Program-made: the position numbers and the translations under genes
The notes under the pieces: model-generated
Database searches by the model: none
What the model was told of the DNA's origin: nothing
The model's input: only the letters and a program-made list of their open reading frames with translations
NCBI GenBank assembly: GCA_043228905.1
Contig: JBHGNT010000010.1
Location: forward strand, 1,550,001-1,614,000
From: Azolla caroliniana
Lineage: Eukaryota; Plantae; Polypodiophyta
Reading direction: 5' to 3'
DNA length: 64,000 bases
Shown here: positions 25,006 through 39,450 of the stretch, piece after piece
Layout of the letters: each line of letters begins with the position of its first letter
Position numbering within the stretch: the first letter of the stretch is position 1

Positions 25006-28000
25006 TCAATTAACCTTCTTATCTATCTTAGGATCAGTTTGACCCTCTGCTGAAACCTCCTCCTCCTGTGATTCCGTGGTTGTTGACTCATCATACGTCA
25101 ATAACTGGGACATACAAAATATATTATTTTACAACCAATGTGCATTGCAGTAATACACACTTAACAAGAAAAGGTTAAAAATGGTGAACTTTTCATACCT
25201 CTGTAACTTCGCCTTTTACAGCACAATGGACACCCAAAAAACATATTACTCCAGGAACAATATATAGTAAGGCAGGCTATAAGGCATCAGGTTAAACGCA
25301 TCAGAGAAATAGCCATAAGACAAATGAAACAAAAATATGGAAGCGTCTCTGTAATCACTGACCTGTGCTGCTTGAAACCAATTCATAACAATGATAGTTG
25401 TTCCCAAACCAGCAACATAACCCGCAAACGCACTTCTGAAATAATGTGAATCTCTTTTCCTAGAAGCGTCAAACCGCAAGGCCAATGCCACAAAAATTCC
25501 TGGATATTGATATACAAAAAAGTTAATACTCAATTTCCATTGCAATAATGGAAAAGGCACACAGATGACAATAACACCTTTCACAAGGTTACAACCCACA
25601 TCAATTAGTTGCAGAAAATGGAATAAGTATTCTTAATGAACATGGGAGATAATAATGCAAATGCTCAACACAAGATAGACCCTTGGGTCATGGAGCCAGC
25701 CAAGTAACATTCACATCAGCCAGTGTATGATGCATAATACTATGCAAACATCCTAAATTGTTGAATATGAGGCCTGAAGTTTGATCAATGAAATTTTGAC
25801 TTGGGCAACAAACAATTAGGATATGAAAACCCTCCAAACAGAAAGTATGAGCATACAAACCTGGTATAACAATGTCGCCAAGCCCCAACATGGAATAAGG
25901 CCGCAGTGCATTTGCTGTTGGGAAAAGAAGCTGCACAGTAAAGGTTATTTACAACCCTGTACATAGCAAATCATTTTGTAAACTTGATACTGTATATATA
26001 CCTTTATCGGTGCATCAAAGGACTTCGCAACACTGACCATTACAGGTGTGAAAAAGACCCAGAAAATGTCATAAAAGAAAAGCCCAACCTGGAGAAAAAA
26101 AAATAGCATTAATTTATTTGTATCAAATGGGTAAGGTAGAATTTGCAAATCTACGGCTAATATAGCTATGAAGACCATAACACCACATCCCATGAAAACT
26201 CAAGCTTACCAAAAGTATAGCACCAATCTTGAATGAACCCAATGAGAGTAGTTCTATTCCCTGAGCCATAATTTATTGCAACAGATTCATTATGCATGTA
26301 AACTATAGTGGGCCAGAGTAGAAAAAGTGCAAAGGAGAAGAGAGTACCTGTATAGAGAATGCGATCCCCAAAATATTATTAGCTAGCCAATGTTTTTTAA
26401 GGATATACCATACACAAAACCCACTTGCTGGTATCCCAGCCATCAGCTCCGATAAAGTCAACTCAAATGCTGTGATACACAACCATGCAAGGAAAAAATA
26501 TATTACGTGCCAGAATTTTCCAAAGCATGTGAGAATATAAGTATGACATGTCAGTTCACATACTCTGTCCATATGGAATTTTAACTGTCAGGAAGCTCTT
26601 CTCACTAAACTGCTTAGGAATCAACTTCTGAATCCCGGGTAGAATTGTTGCACTGGAAAGATAGAAATTCAAGATAAAATGGAGTAGAATAGAGATCTCA
26701 GAGCAGTGAACAAAGTGTGAAATACCACATACCTTAAGGCGATTATTCCTAGAGCAAAGAAGTATGCTGCAAGTATTCTATTTATTAAATCTTTGGGTAA
26801 AAACTTGAAAAGAAGAAAAAGCGATAGCAAGACAGCACTCCCAATCAGAGGAAAGCGCATTGCATGTTCTTTCGAAATAGTTTCCTGAAAAAGAAACAAT
26901 ACACTCATTAGAATTGATTGAAATTAATAAGAGTGGGAGGAATAAGAAGTAAAACAGGAAGATTTATTGACTAACTCAGAAGTAAAACCTTGACCACTAA
27001 CTAAAAATAAGAATCCAAGAAATTACCCTAATGATGGCATGTCATCACAGTCACAACCCACCTATACAGTAATCATAACATGAAAAGCATGAGGCTTTTT
27101 AGCTTACCCAGCATCTCATGACACAAATTAGCCTTCTGAATGAATCCATGATCTGGGGATATGAGCAGTATTTGAATACTCTACACCCCTCATTCACTAG
27201 CAGTTCTATGCAAAAATTATCTCAAGTTATTTGTCGTTCTATAATGGAATTAATGTTAGATATAATGAATGATCAACCCCAAGTTGTCAATTTATCCCGA
27301 CATGCATTCTAGTGCACATTTTGTGATAACACCCCAAATGAGGAGTAGCTATTGTGCAACCTGACCATATGGGTCAATGAGGTGTCAATATAGGAAACAT
27401 AGATGAGTAGGACAGAATGTATATAGGAAAGAGGGAAGTAGGGTTCGAATTACACACTCTAATTTTCCTCTCACTCATATTACAAACTCTTGGCAATTGA
27501 GCTAAGACTTTATTATTATTTAATATTATTGACTAGTCATCTCGACTAGAAGAATATTCTCTGTTCGCAACTTAGGATGTACTTAGTTTCGAAGTATGTG
27601 TCATTGAATTTAAGATAAGTACTATCGAGCACTAGCTTGTATCTAGGTGCTGGGTCATATTAAATGACAAGTCAGCAGGCATAAAAGGAATATATCCCCA
27701 TTACTATTAACTGATTTGCACATTTAATGGGACACTGAGACCAAACAGAGAATGTAAATATACCCTGTCTTTCTCATACACTGTGGCTGTGACTATTATC
27801 TGCCCCCACTAAATTTTTCTGTCGACTAGTCTGAATCCCATGTAGGCTCTAAGTATGAGTGCATGGGATATACATCTCTGTGAGTAACTATATATCCCTA
27901 TCTATCCCATTCTCATTATTTCAAATAATTAATCGTCAGAACACTAACCTACAGCCTATAGACCCTACCCTTTGGATATGAAAGTAACTACTAAGATGTC

Positions 28001-29503
28001 CATAAATTCAGTTGAAAATAAAAACAACTACAAAGGAACTATATACAATGGCATTAATATTCCACACTTGGGCTTAAGTGCGAATGTGAACTTACAGTGG
28101 GAGGAGTTTCTTTAACCGATCGTTTGCAGCCAACAAAAACTGCCAGACAAGCAGTCAAGATGCAGTTCCAATTTGGATCAACATTAACAAATAGAGGTGC
28201 GACAGTAAGACCTGCATGCAAACAAAGTGAAACATTCAATCATTATAAGACAAAAGTCTCATTATTCAATTTCATATAGACACTTCACATGATAATTAGA
28301 ATTGTGTCTGCCATTATTTCAGAATAAAACAATATTTTCCATCTTAATTAATTTTTTATATGCACCTGTATCACTGTGCATGGGTCACATTATACTACAT
28401 TTATCTCAAAGACCATTTCAGCTTTATTGCATATTCTAATTACTTAGTTAGAGATGAATGCATGTGTATCATCCTGATTGCAATCTTACAGGATATAGCC
28501 AGCATCAAAGCCTAAATGGAATAGACCTCATATAGTCTGCAAGTGCATCAGATTTTTGGGATTTAGCCTCTATGTTGTGGTTCATTAGTTACATAATTAA
28601 TATCATAGCAAAACGTGTTTCCTGGACGATGCATGTTTTCTGTAGATTATCTGAACTATCACAATCTGGGTATTAAATGAAATGCTTAATCCACCAGAGG
28701 GAAGATAGCTTATTTTGCATTGATTTGATCTTTTGCTAAAGAAAATTCAAGAATTTCATTTCATTTCTCGATCTAAGACTGTACAGAAATCAATATAATC
28801 ACATTAATCTTCATGTGATAATTGATAAGGGAGAACTATATTCACACCATCAAGAATCTATGAGCCTTCATTCTGCCTCAATGAGAATTACCTTCATAGG
28901 AATAAGCATAACTGCATATAAATAACGGCAATATTTATTACATTTGATAGATTTAGGCCATATCCAAGACAATCTCGCTCATACTAAAGCAATTGCTATT
29001 TTTCAGACATGATGTGGCAAAAAAAATAATCCAAAATGCAGGAGAGATTAAAGCAAGACTCCTTCTTACTTTGGACTCAGAACAGAGAAGAGAGTTAATG
29101 ATGAGATGGAATATTTAGTCCTCTCCAGACGGAAGACAATCCAAAAGACACAGCAGATGGTAAAAGAGATCAGACAAAAAGCTCAGATCGGGCATAACAA
29201 ACGTCGCAACAAAACGAAAAGGTCTTAATCGTTAGGTCTACGCAGTGAATTAACGGATAAGACACATATATTACGCGTACAAGTGCAAAGAGCTAAACAA
29301 GTGCGGGAAAAATATATGATCATAGAAAAGATAATGGACAGAAATATACATACAGACATGTTTAACAGATAAGAGCACGGAATTAACGGATGCGGAGATG
29401 AAAGATGGAGAAAAAGAAAAACACGGAGAATATTTTCAGCGGAGGAGGTAGAGAGGTACATACCGAACAACGCGATGGTCGCGAGGTGGAGCGAGATCGC
29501 CAT
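25006..29503 (-). CDS. SPP: Signal peptide peptidase (GxGD intramembrane aspartyl protease, multi-exon)
   Basis: Catalytic YD (FFYDIFWVF), LGLGD and Q|PALLY motifs. Exon 1 29503-29464 splices in phase to 28211. C-terminus ...IDKKVN* is a KKxx ER-retrieval signal. Confidence 0.95.
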
Positions 29504-32153
29504 CGCCAAATCGTTCGCTCAGATCTGCAGGTGAAGCAGCAGCAGAAAGAGAAAGAAGAAGGAAGAGTGGAGCAGATTTTTTTTTCCCCGATATTATATT
29601 TATATAATAATATATATATAATTAAAGTAGTTTGTTTTTCTTTATATCTGCGTATATATGTACATACATATAAAAGTAAATTAGAAGAAAATGCAAGATT
29701 ATGCTATTTCCAAAATATACCCTTATGAAATATTTTGAAACAAATGCCCTTCCCTCTTAGTCTTAGCTAGAATACCCTACCATTAAGTATTAGACTATTG
29801 TCTCTTTAGGTCTTGAATTCAAGGCTTGACTATTAGGCCTTTGCTTTCCTAATTTTCTCAATAAAATGTTGAACCAATCATTCTTTCTCGATAAAATGTT
29901 GCATCCTGTATCCATGTTTGCCCTTCTTGAAAAATAGTTATCAATAAAGAAAAACAAGGCATCATCAAATGCATACCAAATTCAATATTGTCGAACCCTC
30001 TTTCTTTCTAGTCACTTAGCAGTAGCCAAACCCCATGAAGTTCATGTAATTCCCATCTTTTTCTTGTTTTGCTACAACATAAACTTAATATGCGCATGCA
30101 TGCTCGATCTCGTTGTTTGTGTCCGAGCTTATTTGCCCTTGGTCATGCCACGCCTCACATGTCTCCATTCTTTCCAACTCGCTGCTCGCACGCTTGGGGC
30201 TCAAATATTACTTGCAAATAGCCTAACTTGAACATTGATGGCTGACAACCTCACCAATCGATCCACGTACATACGCTTTCCCTTCTCTCCAATACATGCA
30301 ATCTCACCATGTATTAATGGTTTTTTTTACACTTCTCATGCTAATGTCCGTACATCTTTTCTTTTGTTACCACCCACACACTTGGGTTCGAAACTCACTT
30401 GAACTATTGTAGCCATGAGAACAACTTCACTTGATTGTCTTTACCTAACAACCTTGCCAATTGAGCTACATATAATAAATAATACATCCCAATGATTACC
30501 AAAAATATTTCTCCACATACAATGTGCATCTTTGCGGGAGAGCAAAGTTCCCTCCATGTAGTTAACTTCCAAACTCCCTAGTGTGGTCTTGTGAAGTCAA
30601 GCGTGCGTTCCCATTTTGGAAATATGCTAGGTGTATCCCCAAAATAATTGATCATTTGACACTACAAAAGCAATTTATAATGAATGTTTGATGGTTAGCC
30701 ACATATTCCCAAGTACGTTAGGCATGATTTAGTTTCCAATGTTGCTAATGTAATGCCCCACTAAAACTTATTATAAGTGGGTTAGATTGAACATTCGATC
30801 AATCCCATTGTTTTGATTTCCTTTGAAATTATCCATAAGAAGATAAACTTTGTAACCCAACAGAATTTAGAAGATGTTGTGCCCTTGTTGTTCTTTACCT
30901 TTTTGTATCCTCATTATTCACAAGAACCCTCTTTGGAGTAATATTAGACACATTTACTTATAGTGTTTCTTGACATTCTATCATGAAATGGCCCAACCCA
31001 CCATGATTGTAGCCATAGTATGAAGCATACATACCATTCACATTTGTGAACATTCTTATCATTCGTGTAAGAAGAACACCCTCGAAGTATGGTAAATACC
31101 ATACTTTTGCATTCATTATTTATTATAAGGTTTTTTTTTAGGGTAAGAAAGTTAAGGTAAGTTAAGGTAAAAAGTGTAAAAAATAAATAAACACAAGAAT
31201 GTTTTAATAACATAAGCATTTGTTTGCATGCGCATGAAAATGATTGTTTGGACTAACAAACACAAATATTACGTACTATGATTGTAGCAATGTCTTGCAA
31301 ATGGCCCCTACTCCAATAGACAACACAACAACCTCATTTCTTCTCTTTTGATATTTAACCATGTAAGACATCCATGACTACTATCCCATTACATGTGTAA
31401 CCTAATCGATTATATGCCTTAGGGTTTGGAGTATTTATCACTTTTCCTTATTTTTTCAAGGCATTTTGAATAAAAGGCCACAAAAAATTTGCATTCTACC
31501 TCAAACCTAATTTGGGAACACTTGCTTCAAAAATTCTTGAACCTCAACTAATAGTCTCTAAAAAATCATCTCATTGTTCCTAGGATTGAAAAAGAACCTA
31601 AGAATACGGGGTCTTTGTATACATCTTTTAGCTCTATTTCAATTGTTATAGGCATAATACTAATTTTATTCCATGTCTCTCTATCTGCACATAGACCAAG
31701 CTACAATGACGCCTCTTCATAAGATTTATGAAAGACACATTCTCCACTTCTTAAAACACGTTCATCTCATTCTCCTCTCATTTGTTTGCTCTTCCCTCTA
31801 CCACGGAGTGTTGAACTTTATGTTGTTCTTTTCATGCCTCTCTCTCTCTCTCTCTCTCTCTAGTTAGGAAACCAATGATCATAGGATTTGGGACAACCCC
31901 ATAAGGACCTATGACATATGGGAACATGTGGTGGTCTTGGAGCCATAAGCGTTGAACCATATCAAGGGAACTAATTATCCCTTTCATTATGTGAGATTGA
32001 GATGTCCTCAAGACTATTGGTGAGGCTAACCTCTCTTATTCATATTTGTTATTCAACTACCAATGTATAACATAAGCTAACATTAGGTGGTATGGAACAC
32101 TAATGATACATTATGTTTGTCTTGTGTCCTTATCTTGGAAGTACTTGGTACGT

Positions 32154-32959
32154 TGTCGTGGAGATTTGCGGCCATAGTGAGAAAACCGAGGCTAATGGGA
32201 ATATCGGCGGGGTGCAGCGTGAGCACTCACCCTTGTATACCCGTGTAAGATAACGGGGTGCCTTTATGGCGCCGAATAGGAGTTAAGTTGGGACAGAGAA
32301 TCCCATGTAATAAGGGATTTATCCCACATTGTAACGTTCCTCGATCCTTGAACTATAAAAGGAAGGGAGGGTCCCTTGTAAAAGGGTTGCCCATTTTGAG
32401 TTAAGAGGGTATACCACTTAGGTCTAAAGTAAGGTAGCTTTTCTCTTCTTTCTTTCTTTCTTCCTTCCTTACTTTCTTTAGGGTTTAGTCCGGTTAAGAG
32501 CTTGCATGTCCTAAGGGGTTTTTGCTTCTATTTTGTCTTCTGTGCAAGACCCCGCTCGGCATGACAAGCCCGAGAGCTCCCTGGTCGGTAGCTTGGCAGC
32601 AAACTGTTGTTGTAACCTAACCTACCTTGGTCCGGCTCAAGGCTAGAGTTGTATCTTGCTTTTGTATATATATATATATATAGTGAAGTTCTATGCATTT
32701 GTGTCTGTGTCGGTGTCTTTGGAGTTCCTTCTTTCTGGTTTCTGTACATAGGATGTGTGTGTCTAGTAAGTGTTGTGTGCGCGCCCTTTTCCCTCTCTCA
32801 TTCGGTTACTCTCGGTACATATCTGGAAACGCTCTCGTTGGTGCCCTGGCCGATCGCGGGAAACAGTGAAGCTCGACCTTCCATGCTCCGTCTGTCTCTG
32901 GTCCAAGACCCTTGTGGTCCCGCCCCGAATCTAACACGCACGCGTGGATTACCTCGACA
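32154..32959 (+). mobile_element. Solo LTR (~806 bp)
   Basis: Starts TGTCGTGG and ends CCTCGACA (inverted termini). TATA box CTATAAAAGG at ~32353; more GC-rich than its flanks; flanks ACGT/ACGC give a 4-bp TSD with one mismatch. Confidence 0.75.
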
Positions 32960-33300
32960 ACGCTTAAGCACCCCTAATCCATTATTCTCCTTAATATGTT
33001 ATTCTTTGATCGCCATTAGGTCAATCCATAATATCTACCTGTCATAACATTAATCCTTTGGTAAACCCATTTGATGGCTAGTGTTTTGCCTATAAAAAAC
33101 AAATAACACCTTTGTCATAACATTAAGAAAGGTTTGAGGATATCTTTATTTGCCATTGCAATATCCTCAGATTCTGCATTTGCCATATTATCATTATTTT
33201 GGGGGGGGGGGGGACGTTCTTTGTTAGATAAGCAACAACATGGAGTGTAGCCCATTATTGATATGACATGTCCGCCTCACCTAGGGTCGTCGTGATCTAT
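32960..33300 (-). mobile_element. Ty1/Copia reverse transcriptase remnant
   Basis: Minus strand reads GKTLAIKWVY (~33090-33061), matching the Copia RT GKxxIxxKWVY motif; surrounding frames are broken. Confidence 0.5.
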
Positions 33301-35549
33301 GCATATACATTTTTTTGCACGATTATACCATCTTTGCCATCCTAAGTTTCTCTAAAACTGTCAATGAGCACTAACTTATCCACGTTCCATTATGGATAAG
33401 AACTATTCATCTTTACTCTCTCCCTCCCTCCCTCCCTCTCTCTCTCTCTCTAGATCTTAAGTTGTAAGCATTAACTTGAAGTAATTAAGCTTCAAATAAG
33501 TATAAAGGCTATATAGAAGTTGGCACTCACCCAACCAACGCAAAAAGCCTTGACAGGTTTCTCAACTAACTCAGGTGGCATTGTATAGGTCAACTTTGTG
33601 ATCGGGGCTCATTACAACTTTATTATCATCCATACATCTAAAGATTGATAGGGTCTGACACTTGAAGAGACATAAAAAAATGAGTGAAGGAGCATTTGAG
33701 CCATAAATGGAGGTACTTATTGTGAAGTTATGTAGGTACAATTGATCAGAATTCTCATAGTTAATTGACTATCAAGATGACAAAGTAATTGTGCAAATGA
33801 AAAATCAACAATCAACAATAGGAGGTAATAATGGTTTCAAGTGAAGATAGGAAGTTTGCATGAATGATTGCACGCACAATCAAACCACAAAGTCTAGAAT
33901 GTGGCCAACATTGAGAGATTAATTAGTTGTTACTTCGGCATATAACGACTAATTACAAATGACATATAATACTATCTAAACTAGCATTTCATTTATCCAC
34001 GTTTTGATAGTTTGATCATATTCATGTTCGACACAAGCTCCACAATATTAAACCATAGTGATTAGTTATGTAATGCAAAACTTAGGACATATAGATGATA
34101 AAGCTACAATTGTGATAATATACCATTGCTTAAATATTAGTATCAAAAAATAGGTAATCTACCAAAAGTGAATCTTTGAAATATGTCGTACTCATGCAAT
34201 GGCTTTAATGCATTGCATTTATCATTTGTGCTATTTGTTGTGGTAATATGTATATTTTATCATTTATGCTATTTGTTATGGTGATGTATTATTTTATCAT
34301 CTATTTGTTATGATGATATGGCATGTATGAGTAGCAAGGGATTTGCTCATAATCAATATATAGGTTAAACCATTGGGTAGATCATAAATAAGGGAGACTT
34401 GATTGGTCATAATCAAAATTTAGGTTAAACAATTGGGCAATCATAAATGAGGGAGACGAAGATATCATAATGTGCCAAATTCATAATCAAACTAATCATA
34501 ATGTGACAATTTCATAATCACCTATACTTACATGAATGGACATGTTAATGACCAATTTGGCACGACATAGCTCAAGGATTTTAGATTTCATTAAAATCTC
34601 TCATACTTTTACTTGAAATAAAAAGGATTTCCAACAATACTTGCATTGTTAGCTTTTTCAAAGACCACTTCCAATTACATCCCAAAGGTAGAATAGATTT
34701 GAATTATATTAAAATACTTCACTTTTTCCAAAGGCTAATTGCCTACAAAAGCTAGAATAGAGTTCAATAATAGAATTGTGTCTTGATGGAGTAGAAAGTT
34801 CATTCAAAGACATACCATGAATTTCGTCCATAATGGACGAGGTATTTATGGAATGTTGAGGAATCAACTAATTTGTTAAAAGAGATAAAAACGTCTACAA
34901 TTTCGGATAGGAGCGCCTCTATACCCTTCACAATCACGACATGAGCAACAACAAGACTTATATATCACAATGATTTGTATTCACCAAAATTCAAGATAAT
35001 CATCATTACTTTCCTTGTATGATTAGAACAAGCTCGACATTGTTGATAGTAACGTGCAAGGTAAAGATATTGATTATGCATATGTACCATTGACTTTCAT
35101 CCATCATGACATCTTAAATAAATGGAAAGATTTAAATAAACCCCCTTGGAAAAAATATGTACCATTGAAGACAATAAGGGATTCGTAAGTTTCTACATAC
35201 AATGATATGAGTTGGGACTTCACACGATGCCTTCAAACCTAAACTATTCACACTCAAATTAGTGCTTTGCTTTGATAAAAGTGATGGTCAATCATATTTA
35301 ATACTCTCATGTACACAAAATATCTTCCTACAAATACTTGAAAACGTTGTCTAATGCCACAATGATATTTATTACATCATTCATCATGGAACTACACAAA
35401 AAGCCATGGTAGGCATTGAGTACTCAAATACATTTGTATATATCAATAGTTTTTACCTGAGGGTTGAATTTGGGGTTGACCAGAGTAAAAAGCCGAAGGT
35501 GCCTCATATTTGTATTTGTGACGATGGAGATTCAAAACTGAAATTTTAT

Positions 35550-35993
35550 CTAATTAGGTTTAAGGTTGACATTGACTCGACTAACACCTTGAGGGCCAGC
35601 GACCTTCGCAACATTAACAAACCCAACAACTTCTTCCGCATCACGAGCTTCATCTTTGGCATCAACAAAGTTTGGGTCACCCTCATCAATGGCAGCACAA
35701 GCATTTTCCTCATCAAATTGTTCATTGGCATGGCCAACCCAAGTGAACTTCCCACCATGACCTTCTTTCTTCGGATTCCCGTAGACACCCGAGGCAGGGC
35801 GACGATCTCGTCGTTCAATGCCCATTTTCACTAGTCGGGTGTGGATATAAGCATCATGGTGGTGAGGTGGAAGGTGGGAGGTGGGGTGGGCGTCACCTCT
35901 CTCATCTAGAGGTATAGGTAAAGAAGGAGGTTGTTGAGGCTCCTCCACATTCATGGTCTCTTTCTTCTTGTTCACCATGTCCTCTTGGGCCAT
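35550..35993 (-). CDS. Small single-exon protein with a PDCD4-type N-terminal ribosome-binding motif and no MA3 domain
   Basis: 147-aa ORF containing DRRPASGVYGNPKKEGHGGKFTWVG...AIDEGDPNFVD, similar to the remembered PDCD4 DRRSRSGKGRGLPKKGGAGGKGVWG...DPNYD. GC-richer than its flanks. Confidence 0.8.
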   Translation of the reverse strand: MAQEDMVNKKKETMNVEEPQQPPSLPIPLDERGDAHPTSHLPPHHHDAYIHTRLVKMGIERRDRRPASGVYGNPKKEGHGGKFTWVGHANEQFDEENACAAIDEGDPNFVDAKDEARDAEEVVGFVNVAKVAGPQGVSRVNVNLKPN

Positions 35994-37699
35994 ATATTAT
36001 AGAGCAAAACCTTGATGGGGTAAAAACAATTGAAAGGAACCAGTACTAACAAAAAAAAATCAGAAGATTGCCTAGAAGAAAAAGTAGAGAGAAGTAGAAA
36101 GGATGGTGAAATAGGAGGAATAAGAGAACATGAAACCGACAAGATTATACAAAATTAGCAAGTATGAACACCATGCAATAATTAGTTGTATTAATTCTAA
36201 TGTATTTTAGAGAGTTCATGAGAACATGCGTGCACCTTTGTGTGTGTGCACATGGGGAGGATTCTCATGTCAAATTTTGGTCTTTGTATTTTGGTTGTCA
36301 TTGATAAATCCAAGTTATTGTCATTTGCTTCAGCCTCACAAATGTGTGTGTGTGTGTGGTGTGTGTTTGAACAATATTCCGTTTCTTGTTTATGATTGCA
36401 AGTTATTGCCAATTGCTTTCGTATTCATGGTTGTGAGCCTTCCTTGATTGATTTGAGTTAGTTGGACACTAGAGATCTTATAGAATGCATGTTTGTTGTT
36501 GTTTTGGCTAGAAGTACTAAACATCCCATATGCCATTTAACTTATAGTATGAACATATCCTTAATGTTGCTAACAACATGTTCTATATAGTGATGCTATG
36601 ATTTGTCCCGATGGTTCTTTATTGTTAATATGATAATGCCTTGTTTCCATTTCAGTGGTTCCGTTATCAATTGATCGTGACTCCATCTCAAGGCTCTCCT
36701 TGTTTATGCGAGTAATTTGTCTTAAAAATAAATGCACTCATATGGGTTTCGCTTTTTATATTGTGGAAAATGTTGGTAGACCATTTCTTATAACCAAAAC
36801 ATGAATGTGCACACGACATGAAAACATCTTATGATGCATAGTTTATGAAGACTTTTGAGATAATGCACACACGTGAAGAATTCGACAATAACAATATGAT
36901 TGACAAATCAACGTCTACATATTTATGACCTCTATCTCTTTATCATGTTTACTGTATATCCAATAGCACAAGTAAAGTGAAGTCTTGTTATTGTGGTCTC
37001 CAAGAATCCAAACAATGTAAATTGTGACATGGTACACTCTTAGTAACTTTTCTAGCATTGTCTCCAAACTACCCATTTTGCTCTATTGGCATACCAATTG
37101 ACTTGCAACCCGTTGATTAGAGTCGTCGTGTATTTACTAGGTGTTAACTGTATTTCATTGAAAAGAATGGCGATATCACTTCTATGGATATAATTGCCAT
37201 GTGCCCACCAAAGTATTTAACATCAATATATTTACTTGGCTTTCTCTTTTTTAGATTATAATGCAATATATTGTGATCCACTTTAAGTATAATGAATTCC
37301 ATATTTAGTATTGATCACGAATAAGATTTAATCAACTTTGTGTGAAGTATGAACATACATACTTTTAGCATTACAATGGATATCTATAAATAGAAACGAG
37401 AGACACAAAATTCCAAGTAAATTTGCGTGTTAGCTACTCTAAATATTTACGCATGCCACAAGAGCCATTCAATGTTTATTGTCTCATGACATTATCTATG
37501 ACACTTATCTCTTAGGAGGTTGACTAATGACCAAGATTTTATGTAATTTTCTTTTATAAGGCTTGAATGGCTCCAAGTCCATGATCTTGTGTCATTTAAC
37601 AATTGACTATTTCTTTGATGGTTCCTCCTCCCCCTAAAAAAACTAAAACTAAAACAATCCTCCAAAGTATTTGCATCGTTTTATTTGTATTTTGGCATC

Positions 37700-39450
37700 A
37701 TAGTTTTCATGATTATTCTTGCATTTCACCATTTTTTTTTTAAATGATAGAAGTGATCATGTGTTCGATTGGGGTTGTTCAAAATGCCTAGCCACAAATA
37801 TGTTGCTCGTAAAAAGTAAGTTTATACATGCATCAATACATTCTTGTGAAGTCATTTCATCCACAATTCATCAATTCAACTATAAGTAATGCATTTCATT
37901 TTTCGAATCCTTAAAGAGATTTTGGTCATACTTCACATTCTATGTTTGATGCAATTAGGATAAATCATTATTGTGTAAATTGTGGGGTAAGTGCATCTTG
38001 AGGTGAAATAAGCAGGGTTTTGAAGAATGATAGAATCTAGGAGCTAATTGGATAATCATAGAAACTAAAGATGTTATGAGTGATAGGTTGAGTGATTAGA
38101 GGCTTCAAATGAGTTACAAGGCGGGGACTAACAAATATAGTTCGATTACATATTCAAATGGAGAGAATTGTTTGTTATAGTGTAGTAGTACCATTACAAT
38201 AATTGAAATGGCTTAATTACATCCTAAAAACTTGAAAGTTCCATTAATATTTTATCCTCTTACGGACATGAAAGAGTTGGTTTGTATTGTTGCATAGGTT
38301 TCAGTAGAGATGGTGTTACACCCTTTAAGCTAGATGACTTTTACATCTTCGTAGGCTTTGAAAAACCTTAATAGTTTCCCCAATTGATTAATCTCAATCC
38401 TACCTTACCCATTAGGTCTCCTCCTATACGTAGCTATTAAAGAGCATAATGATTGTCACATGAGAAAAGACAAACATATGGGCAAAAATATCCTAACAAC
38501 CATAGTTGTTGTAGTTCTAGTGTAAATAAGTGCCTTGAAAATATTTAGAAGTTTGAAGAATTGATAGAAAGAGCATAAATGGTTAGAGCATAAGCTAATC
38601 AATAAATGATTCACATAAAAGAATCATATTTAGTGATAATGTAACTCGTAGGTAAACTCAACAGACCACAAGTAGCTACTATATGAAGATATGGAGAGGG
38701 AATTTCAAACTATCAAATACGATTACTAATAAAACAATATATGTCAAATAGTTGATAGTTAAATCAAGAAGGTCATCGAGTTATAAACTCCATTTATTAT
38801 AAGGTTGTTAAACTTGTACTATGATAATATTGCTATCAAATTTGGATTACGTTGGTAAGATTCTCAAAATTGTGGTTGATTTCATAGAATCAAAATTCAA
38901 GTGAAAAATAATTTCAATAAGTGATGGGATTCATATAATTGATCATCAAATAGATGATCCAAGGGGGAAGATCAAGAGTTTGGTTCTTGAGAGATACAAT
39001 ACAAAAGATTGCGTGGAAGATCAAATATTTTGCTTGTCCAATTTGCGCGGAAGATAAAACTAGTAGAGGTTATATAACAATTATTTTAACATACAAATCA
39101 TTATATATACTATATATTAAGAGACAATGAATGATTTTGAAGGATAAATTCTTCACGGGAAGTTACGGCCAATTGATAGTATTATTGGGATTCAATAAAT
39201 CAAGTACTTGTAATTAGTACTCAATGATAATGGTAATATAACAAGTTTTGTCATGTAGTATTATGTGGGAAAGCTAGGCTTGTATATTGGGATATTAGTA
39301 AGGCTAAGGAGCTCAATATGTAACCATATTGCGTAATGGAAGATTCCAAACAAGGCTTTTGGGAGTGGACATCAATAATCACGGTTCAAGATGTCCCACT
39401 ATGTTTTCAAGGATGAAATTCTCTTGAAGGGAAGGTTATTGTAAGATGAT
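37700..39450 (+). mobile_element. Decayed Ty3/Gypsy integrase-chromodomain remnant
   Basis: Ends FKDEILLKGR followed by a purine tract GAAGGGAAGG and TGTAAG (PPT plus LTR start, ~39440). Upstream fragments loosely resemble integrase/chromodomain motifs; many stops. Confidence 0.4.

Larger units (their letters stand above)
30749..33616. mobile_element. Nested LTR-retrotransposon debris bounded by Gypsy-like termini
   Basis: TGTAATGCCCC at 30749 and GGGGCTCATTACA at 33604-33616 are imperfect inverted termini with no matching TSD. The span encloses a solo LTR and a Copia fragment. Confidence 0.35.

Noticed and set aside
27440-27460. GGTTCGAAT tRNA T-loop/B-box-like motif
   Set aside because: No cloverleaf or A-box in the flanks. 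No tRNA, rRNA or snRNA gene was recognised anywhere in the window.
32649-33047. 132-aa ORF
   Set aside because: Lies in the solo LTR and crosses its boundary; no domain signal.
35406-35834. 142-aa antisense ORF and 90-aa alternative frame
   Set aside because: Shadows of the PDCD4-motif ORF, which carries the recognisable motif.
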